Positions 26,851 through 36,587 of a DNA stretch of 64,000 bases are shown here, in pieces (within the stretch, counting starts at the first letter, position 1; each line of letters starts with the position of its first letter). A program made the translations under genes and the position numbers. The DNA lies in contig SFHG01000001.1 of the NCBI GenBank assembly GCA_004555765.1, forward strand, positions 20,005 to 84,004. The letters run 5' to 3'. Source of the stretch: Bacteroidales bacterium (GTDB lineage Bacteria > Bacteroidota > Bacteroidia > Bacteroidales > Porphyromonadaceae). The notes under the pieces are model-generated. The model was not told where the DNA came from and searched no databases. It worked only from the letters and a program-made list of their open reading frames with translations.

Positions 26851-29451
26851 TCAGACGTTGCGGAAGACGAACTTGCCACCCGCCTCGTCGTAATCAAGCT
26901 CGATAGGCGAAGCAGAGGAGACTTTGCCTCCAAGGATGTCGGTGGCAAGGTCGTTGAGGACACGCCTCTGGATGACACGCTTGACGGGACGCGCTCCATA
27001 CTGGGGATTGTAGCCCTCCTCCGCGATCTCTGCGACGGCATCCTCCGTGTAGGTGAGTGTGATATCCTGCTCACTCAGAGTCTTGATGACATTGCCGAGC
27101 TGGATGCGTACCACGTCCGAAATCTGACTCTTGGATAGCGGCGTGAAGACTATGGTCTCGTCGATACGGTTGAGGAACTCGGGGCGAATCGTCCGCTTCA
27201 AGAGGTCCAAGACCTGGGTACGGGTCTTTTCGATCACTTCGAGGGCATTTTCGGAGGAAAAGCCCTCCATATTTTCCCGGATGATGTCCGCACCCATATT
27301 GCTCGTCATGATGATGATGGTGTTCTTGAAGTTCACCGTACGACCTTTATTGTCCGTAAGCCTGCCGTCGTCGAGGACTTGGAGGAGGACATTGAAGACA
27401 TCGGGGTGCGCCTTCTCGATTTCATCGAAAAGGACGACGGAGTACGGTTTGCGCCGAATGGCCTCCGTGAGCTGTCCGCCCTCTTCATAGCCGATGTATC
27501 CGGGAGGCGCCCCCACAAGGCGTGAGGCGGTGTGCTTCTCCTGATACTCGCTCATATCGATGCGGGTCATCATATTCTCGTCGTCAAAGAGTACTTCGGC
27601 AAGCGCACGCGCCACTTCCGTCTTCCCCACCCCGGTGGAGCCGAGGAAAAGGAACGACCCGATAGGGCGCTTCGTGTCCTGGAGTCCCGCACGACTACGG
27701 CGTACCGCGTTAGCGATGGCGGCGATGGCTTCATTCTGTCCCACTACGCGTTTGTGCAGCTCGTCCTCAAGGGAGAGGAGCTTTTCGCGCTCGCTCTTAA
27801 GCATCTTGGAGACCGGGATGTGGGTCCACTTGGAGACCACGTCGGCAATGTCCTCGGAGTCGACCACCTCTTTGACGAGGGGTTTATCCTTCTGGAGCGC
27901 GCGGAGCTTATCCTCTGCCTCCTTGATGGAGTCGGAGAGTTTCCGGAGCTTACCGTAGCGGATCTCGGCCACCAGACCGTAATTGCCTTCGCGCTCTGCC
28001 CGCTCTGCTTGGAGCTTCAGGTCTTCGATTTCGGCCTTGCTCCTTTGGATCACGTCCGCTTGCTCCTTCTCGCTCTGCCACTTGGCACGGAGTGCCGTCT
28101 CCTCGTCCCTCAGTCCGGAGAGCTCCGTCTCCACCCGTTTGAGGTTATCGGCGTTACCGTCCCTTTTGATTGCTTCGCGCTCAATCTCAAGCTGTTTAAT
28201 CTTACGCTCTATCTCGTCAAGTTCTTCGGGCGCGGAGTCTACCTGCATACGTAGCCGGGCTGCCGCTTCGTCCATCAGGTCTATGGCTTTGTCCGGGAGG
28301 TAGCGTTCGGTGACGTACCGACCGGAGAGCTTGACGGCAGCGATGATGGCGTCGTCGAGGATACGGACTTTGTGGTGGGTCTCGTACCTTTCTTTCAGAC
28401 CACGGAGGATGGAGATGGCGTCCTCTTCGGACGGTTCGTCGACCATAACGACCTGGAAGCGCCTCTCAAGCGCCTTATCCTTCTCGAAATACTTCTGGTA
28501 CTCGTCCAGTGTGGTGGCACCTATCGCTCTCAGCTCACCGCGTGCCAAGGCGGGCTTAAGGATATTGGCGGCATCCATAGCCCCCTCACCCTTACCTGCG
28601 CCGACGAGGGTATGGATCTCGTCGATGAAGAGAATCACTTCGCCTTCCGACTGCTTGACCTCATTCACGACACTTTTGAGCCGTTCCTCAAACTCGCCTT
28701 TGTACTTGGCACCCGCGACAAGCGCTCCCATATCGAGGGAAAAGAGCTTCTTGCTCTTCAGGTTCTCCGGCACGTCACCGCGCACGATCCTCTGCGCCAA
28801 TCCTTCGGCGATGGCGGTCTTACCGACCCCCGGCTCGCCTATGAGGATGGGGTTATTTTTCGTCCTACGACTGAGGATCTGGAGGACGCGGCGTATTTCG
28901 TCGTCCCTGCCGATGACGGGGTCAAGCTTACCGCCTTGTGCGAGTTCGATGAGGTTCTGTGCGTATTTGCCGAGGGCGTTGTAGGTCTCTTCGGCACTCT
29001 GTGAGGTCACTTTGCCGGTGCTTTTCCGCATCTCGGTGACGGCTTTCTCAAGCGTGTCACGCGTGAGTCCCTGGTCTTTGAGGAGACGGGAAGCACCGTT
29101 ATTCGTATTAAAGAGTCCTATGAAAAGATGCTCGATGGTTACGAATTGGTCGCCCATCTTTGTGGCACTCTTCTCGGCCTCCGCAAGGGCTGTATTGAGA
29201 TCCTGACTTAGGAAAGGCTGACCACCTGCCACTTTTGGCAAATGTGTCAGTGCCAAGTCGGTATTTTTCTTGAGCGCAGGTACGGAGCCCCCTGCTTTGG
29301 AAATCAAAAACTCCGCTATCTGCGTATCGTCCTCGAGGAGGGCTTTGAGCAAATGTTCGGGCTCTACGGCCTGCTGCCCGCCACTCTCGGCATAGCGGAG
29401 CGCCGCCTGCACGGCCTCCTGTGCTTTAATGGTAAGTTTCTCCCAGTTCAT
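26851..29451 (-). CDS. clpB: ATP-dependent chaperone ClpB
   Basis: 866 aa. Clp N-domain, two AAA+ modules (GEPGVGKTAI and GSTGVGKTEVA), and a long coiled-coil middle domain. Confidence 0.96.
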   Translation of the reverse strand: MNWEKLTIKAQEAVQAALRYAESGGQQAVEPEHLLKALLEDDTQIAEFLISKAGGSVPALKKNTDLALTHLPKVAGGQPFLSQDLNTALAEAEKSATKMGDQFVTIEHLFIGLFNTNNGASRLLKDQGLTRDTLEKAVTEMRKSTGKVTSQSAEETYNALGKYAQNLIELAQGGKLDPVIGRDDEIRRVLQILSRRTKNNPILIGEPGVGKTAIAEGLAQRIVRGDVPENLKSKKLFSLDMGALVAGAKYKGEFEERLKSVVNEVKQSEGEVILFIDEIHTLVGAGKGEGAMDAANILKPALARGELRAIGATTLDEYQKYFEKDKALERRFQVVMVDEPSEEDAISILRGLKERYETHHKVRILDDAIIAAVKLSGRYVTERYLPDKAIDLMDEAAARLRMQVDSAPEELDEIERKIKQLEIEREAIKRDGNADNLKRVETELSGLRDEETALRAKWQSEKEQADVIQRSKAEIEDLKLQAERAEREGNYGLVAEIRYGKLRKLSDSIKEAEDKLRALQKDKPLVKEVVDSEDIADVVSKWTHIPVSKMLKSEREKLLSLEDELHKRVVGQNEAIAAIANAVRRSRAGLQDTKRPIGSFLFLGSTGVGKTEVARALAEVLFDDENMMTRIDMSEYQEKHTASRLVGAPPGYIGYEEGGQLTEAIRRKPYSVVLFDEIEKAHPDVFNVLLQVLDDGRLTDNKGRTVNFKNTIIIMTSNMGADIIRENMEGFSSENALEVIEKTRTQVLDLLKRTIRPEFLNRIDETIVFTPLSKSQISDVVRIQLGNVIKTLSEQDITLTYTEDAVAEIAEEGYNPQYGARPVKRVIQRRVLNDLATDILGGKVSSASPIELDYDEAGGKFVFRNV

Positions 29452-29478
29452 ATCTTATTATTCCTTCCTTTAGTTGAG

Positions 29479-29590
29479 TGTTTCAAACGAATTAGTCGAC
29501 TGTCTCGGAAAATTAGTCGACTAATCTGGAAAATTAGTCGACTAATCCGGAAAATTAGTCGACTGTTTCAAACGAATTAGTCGACTGTTT
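29479..29590. repeat. Five phased 21-22-bp repeats containing ATTAGTCGACT / palindrome TTAGTCGACTAA, immediately upstream of clpB
   Basis: Motif starts at 29491, 29512, 29533, 29554 and 29576. The two central copies carry the full 12-bp palindrome. The outer copies share tgtttcaaacgaattagtcgactgt. Confidence 0.85.
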
Positions 29591-29743
29591 CGGTTGAAAA
29601 GGTCGAGAGATCGTGTTCGTTTGCATAAGCGTTACGCCTATCCTTTTGCAAAAAGCGACACAATGACGAAATGGGGGCAGACCGTCCGCCATATTGTCGC
29701 CCGCCCTGCCATTACGGGCCGGCGAATCTCGGCACGGAGAATC

Positions 29744-29831
29744 CCGGTACGTATCTCGAAAAGACCAGATACGATACAAGAAAAAATTTTTGACCCGTAT
29801 CCCGGCAGCGCGAGATACAGGTCAAAAACGG
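29744..29831. repeat. Hairpin-family repeats between clpB and the OmpA-family gene
   Basis: cccggtacgtatctcg, then aaaaatttttgacccgtatcccg-gcagcg-cgagatacaggtcaaaaacgg. Confidence 0.7.
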
Positions 29832-29870
29832 ATTGTTATTTACGGGCTTACAGGAGCCGGAAATCAAGCA

Positions 29871-30818
29871 TCAGAGGGCTTTTTCGCCATAGTCGGGACG
29901 GATGTCCACACGGCGCCCTGCGGGGTACTTGCTCTTGGTGTCTTTCATCGAGTCTATGCCCGACGGGATGACTTTGAGAAGCCCTTCGGAGATACCCTGC
30001 TTCTTGAGGTAATCGGCAGCGGCCTGTACCCGACGGGCAGAGAGCTTGTTATTGTAGCTCATCTTGCCTTCGGGCGAAGCCCAACCGCGGAGCGTGACAC
30101 CCATACCCGTCTCTTTGATCCAGCCGGCGACATCATCAAGGACTTTCTTCGCTTCCTCATCTAACTTGGAGCTGTCGTAGCCGTAGAAGACCCGACTGAG
30201 GAAGTGTTCCCAAGACGCCGCTTTTGCCCCCGGTCTGAGGGCGACGGGATTGGAGCCGTCCGAAGCACCGGGGACGAGAGAAGACGAGGTACCTGTCGCC
30301 CCGTCCTGCCCGGCCGGAATCACGGCAGCCGAACCGGGCCGAGTACCGGTGAGACCGGAGACCAGATTATTGATGGCATTGGGGCTAAGACCGTTATTGG
30401 CAAGAAGAAGCAGGATAAAGTTTTCGAGCTTGTCCAGTCTCCTTTCGTACTCCTCCGTGTAGCTCTTCCTAAGTGCGTCATCAAGAAGGCGACGACGGAG
30501 AGTCTCTACCTTGAAGTCGTTAAGCACCTTGGCTCTATTGATCGCCTCCTGACCCGGGGCACGGGCGGCGACAATCATGGCGGAGATGACTTCTTCGGCC
30601 TCTTCACGCGTAATGGGCAGAAGTGCGTCACCGGGGAGGGACTCGTAGTCCTTTATGCCGAGCAGTTTGCCGTAATCCGCACGATCCGTACGCACGGTCG
30701 CGACGCTATCCTGAGGCATCGTGACACGCGTCACGCGCGCTTCCTGCGCCCCGGCGGTCGCTCCCGCAAGGGAGAGCGCACCGAGGGTAAGGCTGAGTAT
30801 AATGTCTCTTTTTTTCAT
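29871..30818 (-). CDS. OmpA-family peptidoglycan-associated protein
   Basis: Signal peptide MKKRDIILSLTLGALSLAGATAGAQ. The C-terminus ..GWASPEGKMSYNNKLSARRVQAAADYL.. matches the OmpA_C motif. Confidence 0.85.
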   Translation of the reverse strand: MKKRDIILSLTLGALSLAGATAGAQEARVTRVTMPQDSVATVRTDRADYGKLLGIKDYESLPGDALLPITREEAEEVISAMIVAARAPGQEAINRAKVLNDFKVETLRRRLLDDALRKSYTEEYERRLDKLENFILLLLANNGLSPNAINNLVSGLTGTRPGSAAVIPAGQDGATGTSSSLVPGASDGSNPVALRPGAKAASWEHFLSRVFYGYDSSKLDEEAKKVLDDVAGWIKETGMGVTLRGWASPEGKMSYNNKLSARRVQAAADYLKKQGISEGLLKVIPSGIDSMKDTKSKYPAGRRVDIRPDYGEKAL

Positions 30819-30879
30819 ATCTCTAAATCTGTTGCTTAGTGTGAGTAGGATCTACTTTACGTCTAATAAAGCAACCTCT

Positions 30880-33093
30880 TTAGAATACGAAACGGTAACC
30901 GACAGCAATCTGGTTATTCTTGAAGAGATTTCTGATGGAGTAGTCGGCAAAGACTTCGCCCGCTGTGCCGAGTTTGAAATTCGCACCGAGGATGATGTTC
31001 GTGCCGAAGCTTGCACCGAGACCGTGGTTGAAGAAGCCGAGACCGGCACCCACGTAAGGATCAAGCACAAAGTCGCTGAGACGGAAATTGTAGATCACGT
31101 TGGCAGAGAGGTCGAAACCGGTCTTGCTACCTACGCCGACGGCTACTTCGGGGACGAAGTCAAGGTTCGTGTCGGAGATCTGGAGGTACCCTCTTGCACC
31201 GAGCTGCCACTGTGTGCCTTCGCCGAGGTTCACGCCGGTAAAGACGGCGAGACGGTTAAGCTTGAGATAGCTGGTACGTGCAGGAGAGAGGGCAGCAGCA
31301 GAGGGATTCGTGTAGACGTTAGGGTCGATGCGCTGAGCAGGAACCGCTGCTTCACTTCCGGGAGCCACGGGAGCAGCGACAGCAGGCGCCACGGGAGCAG
31401 TGTAGCCGGTACCCGGAGCGATGATGGTCGTGGAAGGTGCCACGCCGTTATTCTGACGTTCAAGGGCGTTAACGCGGGCACGAAGGTCTGCGATGATCTG
31501 ATCCTTGGAGGCGTCGGCAGAAACGGGTGCAAGACCGCGCTGTGCGTTTTGGGCATTGATGGCGGTGAGTACCACGTCCATTTCATCCTGTGTAAAGAGG
31601 GAAGCACGAGCGCTCTCTTCGGAGCGAATCTTTTCGAGGATGCGATCCACCATGTCCTCAAACTCCTGCTTCGTCATCATATTCTTGGCGTTCACGTACA
31701 CATCGCGACCAAAGAGGTTGTCACGGGTATAGCGGGTACGGGCATCGTTGATGTCCCCGTTGAGGACTTCACCCGTGACCGGGTCTACCGTCGTCGCGGA
31801 TGCGGTCGGGTAGTAAAGGTCGTTCATCGTAGCGGGGTTGCCGATATTGATGCGGAGTCCTGCGGTGTAGGAGGGGCTGACGACGATCTGGCTGGGGGCG
31901 GAGATTTCTTTGAGTTCGACACCGGCGAGACGGTCAGTCATAAGGAGCCCGTTCACAGTGCCGTAGAAAGCGAACCAGCGGGAGACGGGGATTTCGACAC
32001 CGGCACCCAGTTTGGCAAATAGGTTGTGGCTCTTGAAAGCCTCTTTGGCCTCTTCGGTATTGGTGGAGAGGATGAGGTTGTTTTGGTCGAGATACCCTGC
32101 ACCGAACTGGAGGTAAGGCACGATACCGCGCGGATAATTCAGACGGGCAAGGAGGTCGAGACCGTACATACGGTAGTCCTTATTGAAGTTGAAGTCGAGC
32201 TTATCGGGCTGCTCCGTAGCCTGATAGTAGTACGCACGGAGACCGATGAGGCTGGAGAAGTCCAAGCCCACTGCGCCACCCATAAACCACTGGTCTTCGA
32301 GGCCTGCGAGTTTTTCGTTGAAATCGATGTACTGGATACCCGGCTCGATGACGAACTTCATCCCTTGGAAGCCGTCAGAGTAGAGGCTCTGGTATACACG
32401 ACCGTTGGGACCTTCCATCGTGGGGTTGCCACCGAGATAGAAGTCGAGCGAAGCAGCGGCCTGCCAGTTACCCCACTTGCTTGCCTCGGTCTTGTGGGCG
32501 GGGTTGATGAGGGAGTTATTCGCGTCCATATTGAAGCGGACGTTGCGACCCTCAAGGGCAAGGGCGATACGCGGGGAGAAGTTGACTTTCAGCCCCAGAC
32601 CTGCCGTCCAGTAGAGTTGAGACTCTTTGAGGCGGGCATCTTGGAGTGCACCATCGGCTGAGTTGTAGTCGAAAGGATTGTAATTCAAGATCTGGACGCC
32701 TGCACCACCGGTGATGTAGGGCGCGACGGAGTACCCGTTGAGGAGGTTAATCTTCACCTCACCGCCGAAACGGGTAATGTCGGTATCCATCCCGTCGATT
32801 TTATTGAGGGTCTCCTCGTTGAAAGGATTCCAAGAGGTCTTGCCGATGGCCGTCTTAAGGTTAAGCGACTTCTCTGCATTGGCCCGGATTTCGAAAAACG
32901 GTCCAAAGCCGAAGCCCACACGTGCGCCGTAGAAGGGGGAGTTCTTCAAGGCGATGTTTTCGTTCCACCAATTGTATGAAACATAGGGGGAAACTGTAAT
33001 GCTCACATCTTGTGTTTGAGCCTTTAGCGTATTCGTACCCAACGACAGGACGGACATAAGTCCAACCGCGATGAGCAAACCTTTCTTTGTCAT
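30880..33093 (-). CDS. Large outer-membrane beta-barrel protein with an internal helical/Pro-Ala-rich segment (hypothetical)
   Basis: Start taken at MTKKGLLIAVGLMSVLSLGTNTLKAQ. Beta-strand-like repeats run throughout. The central ..ADLRARVNALERQNNGVAPSTTIIAPGTGYTAPVAPAVAAPVAPG.. is low complexity. The C-terminus ..IAVGYRFVF ends in Phe. Confidence 0.65.
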   Translation of the reverse strand: MTKKGLLIAVGLMSVLSLGTNTLKAQTQDVSITVSPYVSYNWWNENIALKNSPFYGARVGFGFGPFFEIRANAEKSLNLKTAIGKTSWNPFNEETLNKIDGMDTDITRFGGEVKINLLNGYSVAPYITGGAGVQILNYNPFDYNSADGALQDARLKESQLYWTAGLGLKVNFSPRIALALEGRNVRFNMDANNSLINPAHKTEASKWGNWQAAASLDFYLGGNPTMEGPNGRVYQSLYSDGFQGMKFVIEPGIQYIDFNEKLAGLEDQWFMGGAVGLDFSSLIGLRAYYYQATEQPDKLDFNFNKDYRMYGLDLLARLNYPRGIVPYLQFGAGYLDQNNLILSTNTEEAKEAFKSHNLFAKLGAGVEIPVSRWFAFYGTVNGLLMTDRLAGVELKEISAPSQIVVSPSYTAGLRINIGNPATMNDLYYPTASATTVDPVTGEVLNGDINDARTRYTRDNLFGRDVYVNAKNMMTKQEFEDMVDRILEKIRSEESARASLFTQDEMDVVLTAINAQNAQRGLAPVSADASKDQIIADLRARVNALERQNNGVAPSTTIIAPGTGYTAPVAPAVAAPVAPGSEAAVPAQRIDPNVYTNPSAAALSPARTSYLKLNRLAVFTGVNLGEGTQWQLGARGYLQISDTNLDFVPEVAVGVGSKTGFDLSANVIYNFRLSDFVLDPYVGAGLGFFNHGLGASFGTNIILGANFKLGTAGEVFADYSIRNLFKNNQIAVGYRFVF

Positions 33094-33143
33094 AAAGGAT
33101 CTGATAATATTATAGGGGTGTAAAAGATAAATCATTTCGATCG

Positions 33144-33151
33144 CAAAGGTA
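33144..33151 (-). promoter_or_regulatory. Candidate -7 box (TACCTTTG) for the OMP/OmpA operon
   Basis: The reverse strand reads TACCTTTG, about 50 nt upstream of the ATG at 33093. Confidence 0.4.
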
Positions 33152-33270
33152 CTAAAAATAAGCCACCCACCCGGTATTTTGTACAAGTTCCTGCCATTTG
33201 CCACAAAAAACATCCCCATTTACCATAGAGAATGTGTCGGGGGAAAGGAAGGCGGAGGACAACAGGAAGC

Positions 33271-33365
33271 GAAAACTTTGGCCTGTATCTCGTCCGCGCG
33301 AGACTCAGAGCGAAAAGAAAACTTTGGTCCGTATCTCGTCCGCGCGAGATACGAACCAAAATCAG
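33271..33365. repeat. Two tandem copies (about 45-bp period) of the hairpin element
   Basis: gaaaactttggcctgtatctcg-tccgcg-cgagactcagagc, then gaaaactttggtccgtatctcg-tccgcg-cgagatacgaaccaaaatcag. Confidence 0.8.
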
Positions 33366-33407
33366 TCCCTCATTTGGGCGGTGCCATTCGGATGCACTAC
33401 ACCGAAA

Positions 33408-34385
33408 TCAGGATCTACGGTCAAGAAGCGAGGAGTAGAGCTCTCTAAAGAGCGAAGTGTCAAAAGGCAGACCGTCAAGGCCCTCAATGGCGTTATCCGT
33501 CAGCTCCTCCACTATCCGGACGGCATCCTCGTCCGTATGCAGCTTCCGGTAAAGGTCGGTCATCGCGTTTATTTTCTCGTCGTCTCCTTCTATGGCAAGA
33601 GCCTTTTCGACCTCTTCCGGGGATTTGGAGTAGGCATCAAGAAGAAGCCAGGTGCGCTTGCCTTCGAGAATGTCCCCGCCGCGGCGCTTGCCGAACTCTT
33701 CATCTTCCGAAAAAATATCCAAATAGTCGTCCATAATCTGAAACGCAGATCCGAAACTCGAGACGGATGCCGAAAGGGTATCCAGATCTTCCGGCGAACT
33801 TATATCGCCGACGAGCGCACCCATTGCCACAGATCCGGTGAGGAGGGCACCGGTCTTGTAGAAGATCATTTCCGAGTGCTCTTCAATGGAGATTTCGGCG
33901 ATCGGGCGTGTCTCGAACTCCATATCCAACTGTTGACCGATGCAGACACCCTGAGCCATTTGATTAAACGTGTGGAGCAGCGTAGGCGTAAGCCCGGGTT
34001 CTGTCTCGGAGAGGGCGGTGTAGGCTTCGATAAGCATCGCATCGCCCGAGAGAACGGCTTGAGCAGAGCCCCATTTTTTGTAGACCGTAGGCTTGCCCCT
34101 GCGGATGGGCGCATCGTCCATAAGGTCGTCGTGGATGAGGGAAAAGTTATGAAAGAGTTCGACCGCTTTCATCACGGGTTTGATCTCTTCAAGTTTCCCC
34201 TTCGGATTGCAAGCCTTGTAGGCGAGAAGGGCAAGCAAAGGTCTGAGCCTTTTGCCCCCGAGGTCGAGGGTATATTTGATGGGGCTGAAGAGACCTTTCG
34301 GCTCCGGTTTGGATAGTTCTGCCGACTGCTCTTCGATGACTTTTTTGGTGTCGGCAAGGGCTTTCTTTAGGGTGTATTTGGGCAT
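33408..34385 (-). CDS. Polyprenyl diphosphate synthase (trans-isoprenyl diphosphate synthase family)
   Basis: Start taken at MPKYTLKK. Contains the first DDxxD motif (LIHDDLMDD) and the second (QIMDDYLD). Confidence 0.88.
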   Translation of the reverse strand: MPKYTLKKALADTKKVIEEQSAELSKPEPKGLFSPIKYTLDLGGKRLRPLLALLAYKACNPKGKLEEIKPVMKAVELFHNFSLIHDDLMDDAPIRRGKPTVYKKWGSAQAVLSGDAMLIEAYTALSETEPGLTPTLLHTFNQMAQGVCIGQQLDMEFETRPIAEISIEEHSEMIFYKTGALLTGSVAMGALVGDISSPEDLDTLSASVSSFGSAFQIMDDYLDIFSEDEEFGKRRGGDILEGKRTWLLLDAYSKSPEEVEKALAIEGDDEKINAMTDLYRKLHTDEDAVRIVEELTDNAIEGLDGLPFDTSLFRELYSSLLDRRS

Positions 34386-34396
34386 AAATAGAGAGG

Positions 34397-36400
34397 TTAG
34401 GCTTCTTCTTTTTTGGCACTCATGGAGGCACGATAGAGATAGAGGCAGACAAGCAGGTACATCACGATGGTAAGGACGTGGCTCCAGCCGTTTTCCTGCC
34501 AAGCGGTCATCATAAGGTCGGCACCGGAGAGCTTAAGGAGGGCAGAGACGACGCCCATCAGCGCACCGCCTGCGATGAAGCCGGAGGCAAGGAGGGTGCC
34601 TTTGTCGACGCGAACCTTATTCAAGGCGGCATCTTTGGAACTCCTTGAGAGATACCAGCTGATGAACCCACCCACGACGAGGGGGAGGTTCAATTGCAAG
34701 GGAATGAACATCCCAAGTGCAAAAGGCAACGCAGGAACCTTAAGAAACGTGAGGACGAGGGCAAGGAGCGCGCCGATGCCGTAGAGCGCCCACTTCGCGC
34801 CCTGACCCGTCATCAGAGGCTCGATCAGAGCCGCCATGGCGTTTGCCTGGGGTGCCTGGAGAGCCTCGGGACCGGTGAAGCCGTAGGCCTTATTCAGTAC
34901 AATGACGACACCGCAGACCGTTGCCGCGGAGACAAGTGTCCCAAGGAACTTCCACGACTGCTGTACCCGGGGCGTAGAGCCGAGCCAATACCCGATCTTG
35001 AGGTCGGTGATGAAACCGCCGGCCATAGACAGAGCGGTGCAGACGACGATACCGATGACGAGGGCAGAAACCATACCGGCCGACCCGGTCATACCGCACG
35101 CCACAAGGACGACAGACGCCACGATGAGTGTCATCAGCGTCATACCCGAGACGGGATTGGAGCCGACTATGGCGATGGCGTTGGCGGCGACGGTAGTGAA
35201 GAGGAAAGCGATGACGGCAGTCAGCAGAAGTCCGACTATGGTAAAGAGGAGATTCCCGCTCACCACTCCGAAATAAAAGATGCCGATGCAGACGAGAGCG
35301 AGAAGTATGCCCCAGACGACCATTTTCATCGAGAGGTCGCGCTGGGTACGCGGGGTATCTTCGGCACCAGCGGCTTTGCCTTTGCTGCCGAGCTCGTTCT
35401 TGGCGAGCGAAGCGGCGGAGGCGATAATTTTGCGCGAGTTCCATATAGAGATGACGCCCGCCATGGCGATACCGCCGATACCGATATTACGACCGTAATT
35501 GGTAAAAATCTCCTGTGCCGTCATTTGCGAAACGGGCACCGTGATGGACGCGTCCCCGAAGGCGAGAACCGTGTCTCCCCAGAAGAGGGCGAGGAGGGGG
35601 TTGATGATCCACCACACAAGGGCAGAGCCTGCGCCGATGATGAGGGCGTACTTCAGTCCGATGATATAGCCGAGACCGAGGACAGCGGCACTGGTATTGA
35701 TCTGAAAGACGAGCTTGGTTTTATCCATAAAGGCATGCCCCCACGACGTAGCCACCGAGGAGACGGTATCGCGCCACGCCCCGAAGGTCGAGACGGCAAA
35801 GTCGTAGAGACCGCCGATGAGGCCGGAGATGAGGAGGGGCTTGGCCTGGGCACCGCCTTTTTCGCTCGAAAGGAGCACCTGAGTGGTCGCCGTAGCCTCC
35901 GGGAAAGGATACTCGCCGTGCATATCCTTGACGAAGTATTTCCTAAAAGGGATGAGCATCAATATCCCGAGGATGCCCCCGAGGAGCGAAGAGACAAAGA
36001 TCTCGAAGAAATTGACCGTGATGTCGGGGTACTTCTCCTGGAGGATGAAGAGCGCAGGGATGGTAAAGATGGCTCCTGCCACTATGACGCCGGAAGAGGC
36101 CCCGATACTCTGTATCATGACGTTTTCGAGGAGGGCGCCTTTGCGCTTTGTGGCGCTTGTAAGTCCGGCAGCGATGATGGCTATCGGGATGGCCGCCTCA
36201 AAGACCTGTCCCACCTTGAGACCGAGGTATGCGGCAGCGGCGCTGAAAATAATGGCCATGACGATACCCCAGGAGAGTGAATAGAGGGTCAGCTCTTTCG
36301 GACTCTCGGATGCGGGAACGACCGGGGTATAGGTCTCACCCGGGCGGAGCTTTCGGTAGGCGTTCTCGGCGAGTTCGCCTTTCTTTTGGGGAGCGCTCAT
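34397..36400 (-). CDS. OPT-family oligopeptide transporter
   Basis: Start taken at MSAPQKKGELAENAYRKLRPGETYTP.., followed by about 16 hydrophobic segments. The 754-aa ORF start lies in repeat-filled intergenic DNA. The start coordinate is +/-1 nt. Confidence 0.85.
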   Translation of the reverse strand: MSAPQKKGELAENAYRKLRPGETYTPVVPASESPKELTLYSLSWGIVMAIIFSAAAAYLGLKVGQVFEAAIPIAIIAAGLTSATKRKGALLENVMIQSIGASSGVIVAGAIFTIPALFILQEKYPDITVNFFEIFVSSLLGGILGILMLIPFRKYFVKDMHGEYPFPEATATTQVLLSSEKGGAQAKPLLISGLIGGLYDFAVSTFGAWRDTVSSVATSWGHAFMDKTKLVFQINTSAAVLGLGYIIGLKYALIIGAGSALVWWIINPLLALFWGDTVLAFGDASITVPVSQMTAQEIFTNYGRNIGIGGIAMAGVISIWNSRKIIASAASLAKNELGSKGKAAGAEDTPRTQRDLSMKMVVWGILLALVCIGIFYFGVVSGNLLFTIVGLLLTAVIAFLFTTVAANAIAIVGSNPVSGMTLMTLIVASVVLVACGMTGSAGMVSALVIGIVVCTALSMAGGFITDLKIGYWLGSTPRVQQSWKFLGTLVSAATVCGVVIVLNKAYGFTGPEALQAPQANAMAALIEPLMTGQGAKWALYGIGALLALVLTFLKVPALPFALGMFIPLQLNLPLVVGGFISWYLSRSSKDAALNKVRVDKGTLLASGFIAGGALMGVVSALLKLSGADLMMTAWQENGWSHVLTIVMYLLVCLYLYRASMSAKKEEA

Positions 36401-36456
36401 AATGGAATAAGGATGGTTTATTTGATGGTTTATGTTATTCGCTATCGGGAGGAGGA

Positions 36457-36547
36457 GAAAATCTTGGTACGTGTCTCGCTCTCGTCCCGGTCTGTACCTT
36501 TTTTCTCTTTCGGTCCGTATCCGGCTTTTGTCCCGGTACGTACCTCG
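36457..36547. repeat. Hairpin-family repeat units between pncB and the OPT gene
   Basis: aaaatcttggtacgtgtctcg, cccggtctgtacc, tcggtccgtatcc, cccggtacgtacctcg. Confidence 0.65.
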
Positions 36548-36587
36548 TGGGGATGGGGATAGGCGCGCAAGAGTACGCCTCACGGGG

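Noticed and set aside
29242-29580. 112-aa ORF with the periodic peptide ..RISRLSRKISRLIWKISRLIRKISRL..
   Set aside because: The periodicity is simply the translation of the 21-bp DNA repeat array upstream of clpB. There is no independent coding evidence.
29479-29590. CRISPR array (also considered for 49749..49865 and 33271..33365)
   Set aside because: The repeats are contiguous or separated by only about 10 nt of near-constant sequence, with periods of 21 or 46 bp. There are no unique spacers, only 2-5 units, and no cas genes in the window.
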